A stretch of DNA of 64,000 nt from assembly GCF_006345805.1 (NCBI RefSeq), contig NC_043013.1, positions 186,001 through 250,000 of the forward strand, written 5' to 3'. Under the pieces are notes generated by a model. That model ran no database searches. It worked only from the letters and a program-made list of their open reading frames with translations, and was not told where the DNA came from. This stretch comes from Octopus sinensis (taxonomy: Eukaryota). Position 1 is the first letter of the stretch. Each line of letters starts with the position of its first letter. Both the position numbers and the translations under genes were made by a program. This document shows positions 12,700 to 24,521 of this stretch, one piece after another.

Positions 12700-13500
12700 T
12701 CATCTATCTAATACTTTCCTGCTTATTCTGACCATGCCATAGAGGCAAACCTTTTGTAACAGTTCTAACGGGAACTCTATTCTAATTTCCTCTATATTCT
12801 TCTTGATGCCTTCTGAAAGACCCAACAATAATTGGCACTATCTTCATTTTCCATAGCCGAGCTATTTCGTACTTAAGAGGAAAGTATCGATCTATCTTTT
12901 CGCTTTCTTTCTTGACTATTTGTGGGCCAAAGGGGCATGCAACGTCAACTGTATAACGTGCTGCACCTTGTCCACCACCACTAGGTCCTATCGCTTATGC
13001 ACTAGCACCTGGTTTGTTTGGATTGGGAAATCCCAGAGGGCTTTGCTAGTCTCGGACTCCATTATGCTCTGTGGTTCATGCTCATACCATGTCTTGCCTC
13101 TCTCTAAACCCCACTTTTCGCACAGTTTCCAGTGTAACGCTTTCTCTACCTGATCATGTCGCCACAACTTGTAGTGATTTTGGGCAAGTCTAGGGTATTC
13201 GTTCGTGATATGGGCAATGGTTTCATCCACTCTATTGCTGATGTGACACAGCAGAGACACTTGCTCCTTCCTAAGGTTGTGGCCAAAGCTTGGTCTTATG
13301 CTGCCATTATTGTGCTCTCAGTCCCTTTTTTTAGTGTTTGTTTTATCAGCCAATCCCACCTTTCTTTTTTTTATGCAACTTCTATTGTGGATAAATGGAA
13401 TTGATTGTGTAGTCCCTTTTTACATAATTCTTCTTCATGTCCTTCTGCTACTTCTTCCTTTGTTTTATATATCAAGCCCAATGGGGTCACAAATATCAGT
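12700..13500 (-). mobile_element. R4/Dong-clade LINE fragment, third family
   Basis: KKGTESTIMAA*DQALAT...DETIAHITNEYPRLAQNHYKLWRHDQVEKALHWKLCEKWG...ALWDFPIQT...VDVACPF. Confidence 0.8.
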
Positions 13501-13629
13501 GTTACGTCAAACGATCTGGTTTCCACGTCAACGGAACCACTTGAATCAGACTGTTTTATTCAAACTGAATCGCTATCAAAAGGGAGGGTCTTCCTAGCAA
13601 GCATAAGGACTTCTGTCTCTAATTTATAG

Positions 13630-14330
13630 CACAATCTAGAACCTTCGATAAGAATTCCTGGGAAATTCATAAATAAAAATTCATAATATCAAATTGAGTA
13701 AATATGGTTCTCACTTTGCGGCCAACACCATTAAATCACGGATTAATGTCATAGGTACCACGCCATAGAGCACCAATTACATTAATCCAAACCAGAGACT
13801 TTCCTAATGCTATTATTAATATTCCTAAGTATATTCTTGCTAAATGTGCCAAGCTCTGGCATTACAGAGTTTATGAGGCGGCATTTAAGACAAGAAGTGA
13901 AGTTAGCTGTATCGTCCTTAATGGTGAGTAAAGCACTGTGCTTAGTGTTTTTATTCCGTCCTCAACATGTAAATAGTTGGTTTACTGTTTAGAACATGCT
14001 TGTGGGTCCAATCTCTACATGCTTGTGGGTGTACTTCTACTTGATGCTATTCCTTCATAATTGCTAATTCAATCTGTTATGTTCCTGATATATATTTTTG
14101 GTTTTGTCAGAGAAAGGTAAGGCTTTATTTGAAGGTTTCAGCCTACCTTTGTGAGATCTAAGCTTATTCTGGAAAAGACCGGAGAACTTACGGAATCTGA
14201 GTTTTGGTATCAGGTTCAGGTCTGATTCAAAACTATCCAGGTCCTTGGTTCTTGGTGAGAGTGTTCTGTGCTTGACTATTGCCACGAGAACTCATAGAAA
14301 AATGCCTTCCATCGCATACATCTAACAAGG
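13630..14330 (-). mobile_element. Penelope-like element, RT N-terminal fragment (Neptune/Poseidon-like)
   Basis: FESDLNLIPKLRFRKFSGLFQNKL...PFSDKTKNIY...LTIKDDTANF..KCRLIN..MPELGTFSKNILRNINNSIRKVSGL. Confidence 0.75.
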
Positions 14331-14439
14331 TCCATAGATAATAATAAGTATTTAATATTCTTTATCCATGAAGAATGCTCTACTTTGTAACGGATAATTG
14401 TGTAATACTGCTCATGGAACAGATCCTCTTGTTATACAC

Positions 14440-14800
14440 TGTATGCAGTATGGAAGCATGTAACGTGATCAGGTGTGATTCATAGTGTAAAAACATTCAA
14501 CTGTATTAACTAGAAACACATACATGACCACACTGCTTCATTCAGGAGCTCCGAGAAGCAGAACATCACTGCATGGACCAAGCATATATAGTGTTTGAAG
14601 GAAAAGGAAGCCAACTACAATATCAGATGGAAACTATTAAAGAAATGCAAACCTTATCCTAACACCCTCTTCTTCTAAGTTTTGTTCAATGTGAACTAAG
14701 CTTGATGGAGAAGATACTTGTACTTAACAGCTCCTCTACACCCAGGTTATATATAAATACCAAGTCAGCAGCCTTCACACCTTGTCTGCATGAAGTGAAG
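14440..14800 (+). mobile_element. Penelope-like GIY-YIG fragment
   Basis: HTASFRSSEKQNITAWTKHI*CLKEKEANYNIRWKLLKKCKPYPN. Confidence 0.7.
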
Positions 14801-14849
14801 TACATTCTCAGGCACTGGACTAAAACAGCAATGTCAGAGGAAGGACAAA

Positions 14850-15180
14850 CAGAAAGAAACTACATCAGTGCTACTGGTGGAATGTTCAAAGGAAGATATA
14901 CACAACATACATACACATTACAAACCCTATACGAAAGGAATGCAACACTTGTCCAAACACCTCTATGAGTTTAAGGAAAACAACATCATTGCAAGCATTA
15001 AATGGAAAATTTAAGACAGCATCGTTTTATATAAACAGCTCTGGTAACTGTTCTCCTCTGCACCACAGAAAAATACCACATAATCATGCTAAAGTATACA
15101 TTATGAACAAGAGAAATCAAATAACATCATGGTGCAGACACCAAAATAAATTCATTTTCAAAAAGATCCGAACTCCAAAA
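14850..15180 (+). mobile_element. Penelope-like GIY-YIG fragment
   Basis: YISATGGMFKGRYTQH...LSKHLYEFKENNIIASIKWKI...MNKRNQITSWCRHQNKFIF. Confidence 0.7.
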
Positions 15181-15667
15181 CGAGATAAAACAAACACAAA
15201 AACCCCAACAGCCACAGACAGACATAAACCTTACTCGTACGTGCATGCCCATATTCCGAAAGAAAGAAACACACATGTATAGCATGCAAAATGCACACAT
15301 TCATACACTTACTAGCTCGACATAACTTCTAAAATATCCTATATACATAATATACCCACACATATGTGCATGTGTAGGCATCTACACACGCTTATACACA
15401 CCCCAAAAAGCCAAGAAGCAGAAAATAATAACAATATAGAAATGTGAAAGCCCACTCCCACCTCCACACACACACAAACACGAAAAGAGCAGGCTCCATC
15501 AGTAACTCACCTGCAAATTCTAAACAAATTAATAAGCCCCAACCCCAACCCATTTACAAAATGAAACTGACCAATGGAGCGGCAACAAAACAAAAACAAA
15601 AACAAAAAACCCAATCAATAAACATGGAAGACAAGTGAAAACAGAGAAGAAAAGCAGTTGGCTGTCC

Positions 15668-15960
15668 TATCTTCTTTTTCCTTTTGGCTGTGTGTTTAAG
15701 AAGCTCACTTCACAACCACATGGTTCCAGGTTCAGTCCCATAGTCTGACACCTTGAGCATGTGTCTTCCATAATAGTTCCGAGCCAACCAATGCTTTGTG
15801 AGTGAATTTGGTAGATGGAATGCGAGAGTAGAAACATGTTGAATATATATATATATTTGTGTGTGTGTGTGTGTGTTCCCTACAAGTGCTTCACAACCGG
15901 TGTTGGTTTCTTTATGGCCAGACCACCACGTCACAGAGATGTATTACAAACACAAAAACT
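15668..15960 (+). mobile_element. tRNA-derived octopus SINE
   Basis: ggctgtgtgtttaagaagctcacttcacaaccacatggttccaggttcagtccca head; same family at 20628, 48880, 50590, 52925, 63953. Confidence 0.7.
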
Positions 15961-16127
15961 CATACACAAATGAGAAGCTTCCATACAGTTTCCCTATACC
16001 AAATTCATTCACAAGGCATTGGTCAGCCTGGGGCAACAGTTGAAGATATTTACCCCCCAAGCACCACTCATTAAGACCGAACCTGAAACCACGCAGTTGT
16101 GAAGCGATGTAGTTCCACTCACTAGTG

Positions 16128-16285
16128 TAGCTGGGGGAGTGATAGGGGCGATCCACCCCGGACAGCACTTTTAAAGGAGCACCACTTTTGGGTCTGCTGT
16201 AGGTAATATGTGTTTTTTGTGGGGTGCAGGAGTGGCAAACGGAAGGACCGCCCTGGGCAGCACACACTCAAGCTACATTACTGGT
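16128..16285. mobile_element. decayed hAT-type MITE
   Basis: imperfect terminal inverted repeats ctagtgtagct / agctacattactg. Confidence 0.4.
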
Positions 16286-16799
16286 TCTACTGGCAGCGGA
16301 ACAGAGCGCGACTGCCGAAGCGGCTTGATGGGGGAGAAAAAGAGGAGAAAAGAATATAAAATTCGAATTTGAAATAAGAATGGGAGAAAGCCAGAAAGAC
16401 AAACGAATGGTTGGTGCAAAGTAAACTTGAGTGTAATTCTAGAAGATCCAGTTTTTAGCCCTACACAGGTGGAGAGATGGAGGTGTGGGTTGACTGGTGT
16501 CCAATTGTTTATCTCTTTATTGTATCTGTGTCACAAGCGATACAATCTATAACAGGTGAAGGAAATTTCCACTTGTGTTAGTAAATCATGTTATCATACC
16601 TAACACGCTAATCCTCACTTGTTATCGTGGAGAACATGGCCTAACAATTACTGGAGTGCATCAATTACAAGTCACACCATCATGTTTCACTAGTTGATAC
16701 ATATGCATATTAACACATGTACATAAATATACATACATGCATACATAAATACAGACAGACAGTCGTATATACACACACTTCCACTCAAGCTGAGAGGAT

Positions 16800-17100
16800 G
16801 TAAACTCTGACTTTTTTCTCTTAACAACACTGAACACCTTTTTGATCTCCATGTGTCCAACACGCGTGGACATGCCTACAAAGTCAGAAAACAACACAGC
16901 TCCCATGACTTTCGGAAACATTTTTCACGCTCAGAGTTGCTGAAGCATGGAATAAACTGCCTGCGTCAGTTGTTGACTGCCATGACACTGCATCCTTTGA
17001 GGCCCTCATGCTTTCCGAAATCCGCCAAAACTACACCTGATTATATATACACTTTAGATGAGTTGTAGTGCACCTGAGCACTGTACACAATTATTACTAT
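16800..17100 (+). mobile_element. CR1-type LINE 3' end
   Basis: SNTRGHAYKVRKQHSSHDFRKHFFTLRVAEAWNKLPASVVDC; short 3' UTR and TTA tail. Confidence 0.8.
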
Positions 17101-17353
17101 TATATTATATATATACACACACAGACAAACGGGCGCTGGGGTATGTAACACTCTGCCTAAATACCAATCTTGGGAAATTCTCAGAACCAGGAAGGAGAAA
17201 GCTAAACTTTCCAGAGGTTTATCATTTAAATATATATAAGCATGTCTGGATATGCAACTGTATGCATGAGAAGACACACATAAAACAAAACATACAAATC
17301 TGCAGATATGCATACATACAAACAAAAATACCTTATTGTTGATGTTGAAATTC

Positions 17354-17461
17354 GAATGAAGGAACCCTGGATCCAGGTCAGAATGAAGGAACCCTGGATC
17401 CAGGTCAGAATGAAGGAACCCTGGATCCAGGTCAGAATGAAGGAACCCTGGATCCAGGTCA
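17354..17461. repeat. 27-bp tandem repeat, 4 perfect copies
   Basis: gaatgaaggaaccctggatccaggtca x4; contains the 12-bp palindrome cctggatccagg. Confidence 0.95.
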
Positions 17462-17479
17462 GAAACCGGTTCTTTCTCT

Positions 17480-18060
17480 ATTGGCAAGCAATTTTGAAAT
17501 AAAACTGAACAATGACATATATGAACATCAGAAGAGACATGAAATCAAAGCTAACACAAACCTTTCTCCAAGGAACGTTGGAAAATCCTACTTAACAGGG
17601 CAAAAAAAAAGAAAACATCTAAAAATACTGCCAAAGGAACCAACCCAAAAAATCGGATCAACAAATTTGATATACACAAACGCATTCTTTTGTTCCCCGT
17701 TATTTACAGAAACACAATTCTCCCATTGAAAGCACATTTCAGATTTAAGAGAGAATAATATAAATTAGAAAACAACAGTCATTGCTCTATCATACTTAAA
17801 ATATTTCAGATACATTCTCCCTTATGAACCATAAAAAATGCAATGCAGTAAGCGTTGCAAATATCCTTGTTCAACAGAAGGCCTGGTGTTATGTAACACT
17901 GCAAACAGCAGAATAAGTTTATCTTTTACAAATTGCAAAACAGGGCAAATCAATGAAGATAAAACAACAGCAGAAATAGTTGTGGAGTCAAACTAATCCA
18001 ACACTGATGGAAGAACAAAACATAGGAATATATAAAGTCATCATTGGAAAAGAGCAGCAC
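17480..18060 (+). mobile_element. heavily decayed Penelope-like RT fragment
   Basis: fragments such as RKHISDLRENNI...KQQSLLY resemble the Neptune-type PLE RT core. Confidence 0.4.
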
Positions 18061-19069
18061 TTTAGAGACATCAGATGTAAACTAAAAAAACTCTCTGCAA
18101 AGTATATTATCATCATCATCATCATTATGACCTCTTAAATTTATGAAATGGAGAAGAATAATAAATGATGCAATCGCCTAAAACATATCTTCTTCATCAA
18201 TCTTTCATTTTCGACTTTTAACCCATGACACCGAAGTCTGTGTTAACAAGTTCAGGGAAGTTCCAACGCCATTTTAGATTCAACTATGTTTTTCATTCCA
18301 GACTATGTCCACCTGATGAGACAGATGGATAAGGTCTTTCCTAAATCTTACAACAACGATAGAAGAAGACATCGGCCGTGTAAATGTAAATTCTCATCTA
18401 CACCACGTACTGAGTATCTTTTCTCCTGTTTCCAATAACCAGAGCACACATGCATGTGTGTGTGTGTGTGTACAGTTAAGTATATGTCTGGTCATTGAGT
18501 GACCGATGGTTTCTCATCCATAAAGCGCCCAGCTCTATGGATGACTCGTCAGACTCTAAAGCTGAAGGCATATGACTCTTCAACTCTGGGAGGTAGGAAT
18601 CCATTATGGTCAGTTAGCAAGTAAACAAAGAATAAACAATCCGGGTCAGCGAGGTTGGGTTATCTCCCTTAGACCTGTCCCTATGGGTCCCAAAAAAAGG
18701 AGGAACAGGGAATTCCACCCTTTGGTTGCTTTTAGTTCATAAGGATCTTTTTGGATCTAATCAATGAATGGGGAATCCCGTGCTTGCAGCAGGTAGCATT
18801 TGAAATGGATGCAGGGCTTGCCAAGAGTTTAGTAATCCTGCTTTCAGGGAGTCTTTGAGGATCCTTGCTTGCTCATCTTTGTAAAGCTTGCAGCATCCAC
18901 TCCTGTTAAAGGATCCTGGCAGCTCTATGATTCTCCACTAAAATGACAACAGCCGCAGTGATATCACCAGACCCACGCCTTGTAATAGCAGCTCCAGCAG
19001 CACCAGCGACAACAACATCTCCAGGCCTGGAGCCAACCAAAGATGTGCCAGAAATGTGAACACAGCCAG

Positions 19070-19250
19070 CACTCAAGCCCGGAAATATATCAGGTCAGCC
19101 GAGATTGCCTTCAAGTGGCGCCTGTACAACCACAGGTCCTCTTTCAGGATCCCAGAAATATGATTTGTCACTTCCCAGTGATGCAGGAATCTCATACGAC
19201 ATCAAATATAGCTATCATGGGTAGGTATCCAACATGCCATCCGCAGGGAG
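19070..19250 (+). mobile_element. Penelope-like GIY-YIG fragment
   Basis: KYIRSAEIAFKWRLYNHRSSFR...DAGISYDIKY. Confidence 0.6.
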
Positions 19251-19369
19251 GGACTTAACATACAGAGGGCACATGCCAGTCTATCCCAAAGGAAAATTCT
19301 GACGATGGAAAATACCACAGAGGTCACTGTGGGGTGTACACTCACCATCTGCCCCCTCAACGACATTAA

Positions 19370-19620
19370 AACATGCTTGAGGGCTTATGTGGTATGTGAA
19401 GGAGTCTGCAATAAATGTGGAGTATCTTCCATAGGGAGCACTACAAGGAAACTACACAACAAAGGAGACTATGCAGACAGACACTTCGATAAAGAAGGGC
19501 CAAGCCCTGAATTTCAAAATTTCCATCGAGGCAACCCAACATAACAAGGGCAATCTTAGAATTATGGAAGCCCTCCTTATCAACAAATTGAGACCAGCCA
19601 TTAACAACAGGAAAGAACTA
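19370..19620 (+). mobile_element. Penelope-like GIY-YIG fragment (Penelope/Poseidon-type)
   Basis: YVVCEGVCNKCGVSSIGSTTRKLH...NLRIMEALLINKLRPAINNRKEL. Confidence 0.7.
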
Positions 19621-19908
19621 CACAAAAGCAGCAGCAGCAGCAGCAACAACAACAACAGCCTGCGCATGTCACCTTCACCCTTCCTCCCTCTCCCACACAC
19701 ACATCGGTGCAACAACCTTTTCCCAACCACCATTTTCCTGAATGTCCTGAAGAAGTGGTTTTTTCACCTTGAAAGATAGAAACACGAGGTAAAACTGCCA
19801 CTTTGTTCTGCTTTCTTTTCAATTTGCAGCCTTTGTACCTTCCTGCATTGTTCTGGCTTTTCACAACTGCATTCTTTAAAATACATACATACCTACATAC
19901 ATATATAT

Positions 19909-20044
<136 letters not shown>

Positions 20045-20627
20045 TGTATATTATGTATATTCATACACATATACATACATACATGCATACATGCATACAT
20101 ACATGCATACATACATGCACTCACACACAAATTAGAACTGCCTTTTACTGTTGCTGTTGGGTTTGCTCTGGCTAAAAAAACTGTTCAAAGGCGTTCCAGT
20201 TATAGCCACTCCATCGTTCTCATGAGTATTGCTTAGCAAGGACTATAATCCAATACATACCACCCTTTTATTAAAGTGTAGCTTAAAATTTAAGCATGAT
20301 TTGGGTGCTATTTTTTTATAGATTGTTTTTCTAGAGCCAATCTTCTAAGATATATATATAAAGTAGGAAGTGTATATGTCAGCACCCTTTGAGTTTGTAT
20401 GTAGTCAATAATACTGACATTTTTATCGTATATTGCATAATGCTCATTGAATATCTGACAAAACAAGGAAGACAAGATAACATGAGATAAATGTTAGCTG
20501 GAGGAGTTTAAGGACCTGAATTTGTGGTTGTGGAGGAGACAGCAGACGTGTTGTGTAAATGGTTGTCGTCATTGTCGTTGTCGGTGGTGGTGTTTTTTAT
20601 GACCCAAATAAATCACTGAAAATAACT

Positions 20628-20990
20628 CAGGTGTGGTTGTGTAAGAGGCTTGTTTCTCAACCACATGGTTCAAGGTTCAGTCCCACCGCATGGTACCTTG
20701 GGCAAGTGTCTTCTTCGATAGGCTCAGACTGACCAAAACCTTGTGGGTGGATATGGTAGGCAGAAACTAAAAGAAGCCTGTAGTATATATTTGCATGTGT
20801 GTGTGTGTCTGTGTTTGTCCCCCACCACTGCTTGACAACTGGTGTTGGTGTGTTTACGTCCCCGTAAATTCGCAGTTTGGTGAAAGAGAAAGATAGAATA
20901 AGTACTAGGCTTCAAATAAATTAAGTAATAGGATTGATTCAAGGTGGTGCTACAGCATGGACACAGTCTAATGACTGAAATAAGTGGAAA
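20628..20990 (+). mobile_element. tRNA-derived octopus SINE, near full length
   Basis: ggtgtggttgtgtaagaggcttgtttctcaaccacatggttcaaggttcagtccc...aataagtactaggc...ggtggtgctacagcatgg. Confidence 0.75.
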
Positions 20991-21039
20991 AAAAAAAGAT
21001 AAAGACATATCCTAATGAGATAGAGGATAAGGATAAAAA

Positions 21040-22030
21040 TGTCGAATCCCTTGGATAAGGAATGTAATGGCAGCGAAAAGCCCAACCTCAAAATGGCGCT
21101 TTTAGGGACTGAGAATAAAATCAGACTCACCCATGAAAAAGAAAGGGTAAACGGGGAAGCGAGGGCGGTGGGGAATATAAAAAGAAACCCTAAAGCCTTC
21201 TACAAGTTCACAAAAGAGTCTGCCACAGTGCAATACAAGACAGGGCCCCTGTTTGATGAAAAGGGCTTACTGACTGCAGACCCCAAGAGAATAAGTGAAG
21301 CATTCAATAAACAATTCCAAAGTGTTTTCACCTTCCCACTAGAAAATATGAAAATAAGCAAAGATGATGAGTTCTTCAACACCTCCAAGAGAAAAAGGCA
21401 ACCATCAATTCTATTGACATTACAGAAGAAGATGTATTGTCAGTCATTGACAAGATAAATCCAAACTCTGCAACAGGCCCAGATGGGCTCCCAGCAATTC
21501 TGTTAAAAGCATGCAAGAAAGCTCTTGCAAAACCACTGCAAATGCTTTTCCAGAGTTCCCTTGAATGCGGTACATTTCCTCAAATGTTAAAAGAAGCAAT
21601 AATCTGTGCTGTCCACAAAGAAGGAAGTAGAGCAGATGCTATAAACTACAGGCCTAACTCTCTTACTTCACATGCCAGCAAGATCATGGAACGCATTGTC
21701 AGAAAAACAAAAACTGACCATGTTCTTTGAAGAAAATAACTTGCTTACAGACATGCAACATGGTTTCCGCCTGGAAGGGGCTGCCTAACACAGCTACTAC
21801 AGCACTTCGACTGGGTACTAAAACAACAGCTCAACCATTCAAATGTGGATGTGATATATCTTGACTTTGCCAAGGCCTTTGACAAAGTCAATTATGGGAT
21901 GATATGTTACAAATTGCGTGACTTTAGTATCGCTGGTAGACTGGATGAATGGCTGCATGATTTCTTGAAGGGCAGAAGTCAGGCTATCACAGCAAATGAT
22001 GCTCCCTCTGAAGTGACACCAATCCTCAGT
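21040..22030 (+). mobile_element. CR1-type LINE RT, 5' part (interrupted)
   Basis: NPKAFYKF...GPDGLPAILLK...NYRPNSLTSHASKIMERIV...DVIYLDFAKAFDKV. Confidence 0.85.
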
Positions 22031-22044
22031 GCAAAATATACTAT

Positions 22045-22543
22045 ACGTTAATGCAAGAAATATTGTGTTTATTGACTATCTTCATAATGATCAATGGAAA
22101 GTTCAATGCCAACTTGCTAAGGTAGTTATGATAGGCTATCAAGATCAAACACCCAGAAAAACTGATGAATGGGGTCTTGTTTCATTAGGACAATGCTCCA
22201 GCACACAAGTCCTTGGTTTCAATGGTGTCTGTGCCTGACTGGCTTTGAACTGGTTGCTCACCCTCCACATGTTAGTGATTTGGTTCCATCTGGTTATCAT
22301 CTGTTTCCCAACATAGAAGAACACTCAGCTAGGCACCAGCATCACTGTGATGATGATGTCTTATCTGCTGTTGATGACCATTTTGACCAACAGAATGGCT
22401 TCTTCATCAGGGCAATCCAAACACTGCAACTTCTTATGGAAGTGTGTGGACAGTAAGAGGAACGACGTTAAAAAATGAACTTCATTTGGTCCCATTCCAT
22501 GAGAGTGTCTTGCTCAGCCTACAAACATTTCAGCCGACCCTCA
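22045..22543 (+). mobile_element. mariner transposase 3' fragment with right TIR, inserted in the CR1-type RT
   Basis: IVFIDYL...GVLFH*DNAPAHKS...FELVAHPPHVSDLVPSGYHLFP; ends ttcagccgaccctca+ta. Confidence 0.8.
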
Positions 22544-22679
22544 TAATAATAATAACTATCATACCTGCATTTGTTTTAACATTAACATTAAAAAAATCTA
22601 CATTTTTCATTAAAAAATTTGTACCTAGGTTTGCACCAACTAAGCAAATTTTGTTGCTGAACCACTGTCCAAAGCAGAA

Positions 22680-22910
22680 GGAACACTATTGTTTGTGGTT
22701 GCTCTCTTGGGCATGTCCTCAGCCATAGAGTCAGTCACACTCACCAGCTACACCAACGATACAAAAGTATCGCAGCAGGTCAAGGCTCCTACTGACATCC
22801 TAAAACTGCAGAATGACCTGAACGAAATGTATAAATGGGCAAACAAGAATAATATGCAGTTCAATGGTGCAAAATTTCAAGCACTCCCATATCAACTCAC
22901 TAACCAGAAG
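22680..22910 (+). mobile_element. continuation of CR1-type RT after the mariner insertion
   Basis: LFVVALLGMSSAIESVTLTSYTNDTKVSQ...LQNDLNEMYKWANKNNMQFNGAKFQ. Confidence 0.8.
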
Positions 22911-23009
22911 TACAAGGTCGTGTCTCATTTTCATGTGTAGGTATTGGTCAAGCAGATGTTTGACGCAATGACGAGCGAGTTGATGTGGGTGTCAGTCGTG
23001 CCGATGTTT

Positions 23010-23375
23010 AACGTAATTCCCCTTCCTCGGAACTTTCCACGAGTAATTCCTTCCCCATCCTCGGAATTTTTAAGCAAGTAATTCCTCCCATTCCTCCTCC
23101 TCGGAACTTTGCAGGAAATGATTCCTCCACCTCCTCTGAACTCTCCAGGAATTATTTCCTCCCCTCCCTCTTTCTCCTCAGAACTTTCCAGGAAATCATT
23201 CCTCTCTCTCCTCTGAACTTTCCAGGAATTAATTGCTACCCGTCCTCTGCCTTCTCAGAACTTTCTGGGAAGTTATTCCTCCCCACTCGAAACTTTCAAG
23301 GAAGTAATTCCTCCCCCTCCTCGGAACTTTCCAGGAAGTAATTACTCACCCTCCTCTCCTTCCTCGAAACTTTAC
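23010..23375. repeat. degenerate pyrimidine-rich minisatellite, ~10 units of about 33-45 bp
   Basis: recurring core cctcggaactttccaggaagtaattcctcc. Confidence 0.75.
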
Positions 23376-23639
23376 ATTCATATACATGTAAAGTATCCGC
23401 ATGTCATTGGTCTACTGCTAGTCTCATGACTTGAACGTAATCTAAAATAGCTAAGACAATGCATGGGACAGCAAGCGCTCGAGCCTCAACAGATGAAGTA
23501 CACGATAACAAACGTAGACATACGTCAGCCGCTAAGATGTCCGTGATAGACGTAGGGCAGCTCTACATCGTATATTTACATTAACTGTGGGTAAGCAAGC
23601 AAAAGTGTGATCGCATATTTGCGGCAACCATTGTCAAGG

Positions 23640-24521
23640 GGTTAAGGCTCTTTTCCGTCATGTCGTTCTGTTTTAGGCCTATTCTCATCGTGCCCTGCCA
23701 TGACGAGTTTAAGCTAATTCATCTTGTGTCGCACCATGCCGAGGTGAGGCTCCTCCCCGTTGTGCCATCAGAGTCAAGGCTCCTTTCCGTCGTGCGGTAC
23801 CGTTTTGACTGAAGGCTCCTTTCCCCTGTGTCACGCCGTTCCTAGTTAAGGCTCTTCCTTATCATGCTGCACCATGTGGAGGTAAAGCTCCTTCCCGTTG
23901 TGCCATTCCAAGCTAATGCTCCTTCCTATCGTGCCATGCCCTGCTGAATTTAGGCTCATTCCTCTCGTGACATGCTATTCCGAGTTAAGGCTCCTTCCCG
24001 TCGTTTCATGCCATTCCGAGTGAAGGCAGTTTTATCCTTCTGCACCATGCCGAGTTAAGGCTCCTTTGCTTTGTGTAGTGCCGTGCCGAGTTAAGGTACC
24101 TTTCTGTCGTGTTGTGCCATTCCGAGTTGAGGCTCCTCCTTGTTGTGCTGTGCCGTGCCAATTTAAGAATCCTTTCCATCATGCAATTCCGAGCTAAGGC
24201 TACTTCATGTCATGCTGTGTCATCTCGAGTCAAGACTCCTTCATCTCGTGTCATGTCTCTTTGAGTTAAGGCTCCACTCCGTCGCGCTGTATCATACCGT
24301 GCCGAGTTAAAGTTTTTTTCCCCCATCGTGCTGTTCCAAGCTAAGGCTCCTTCCAGTCATGCAGTGCACTTCCAACTTAAAGCTCCTTCAGGTCGTGCCA
24401 TTCCAAATCAAGGCTCCCCCCCATCAAGCCATGCCGAGTTAAGACTCCTCCCCGTCGTACCATGCCATGCAGAGTTAAGGCCCCTTTCTTTCATGTCAGT
24501 TTCAGCGAACGCTCCTTCCTA
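23640..24521. repeat. diverged left flank of satellite
   Basis: irregular units with gtgccgtgccgagttaaggctcctt core. Confidence 0.75.

Noticed and set aside
18310-18345. CTGATGA-GAC...GTC as a hammerhead
   Set aside because: No GAAA after stem II and no helix III
19740-19800. Hammerhead after the PLE endonuclease (CTGAAGA...GAAAC)
   Set aside because: Stems I, II and III do not pair convincingly
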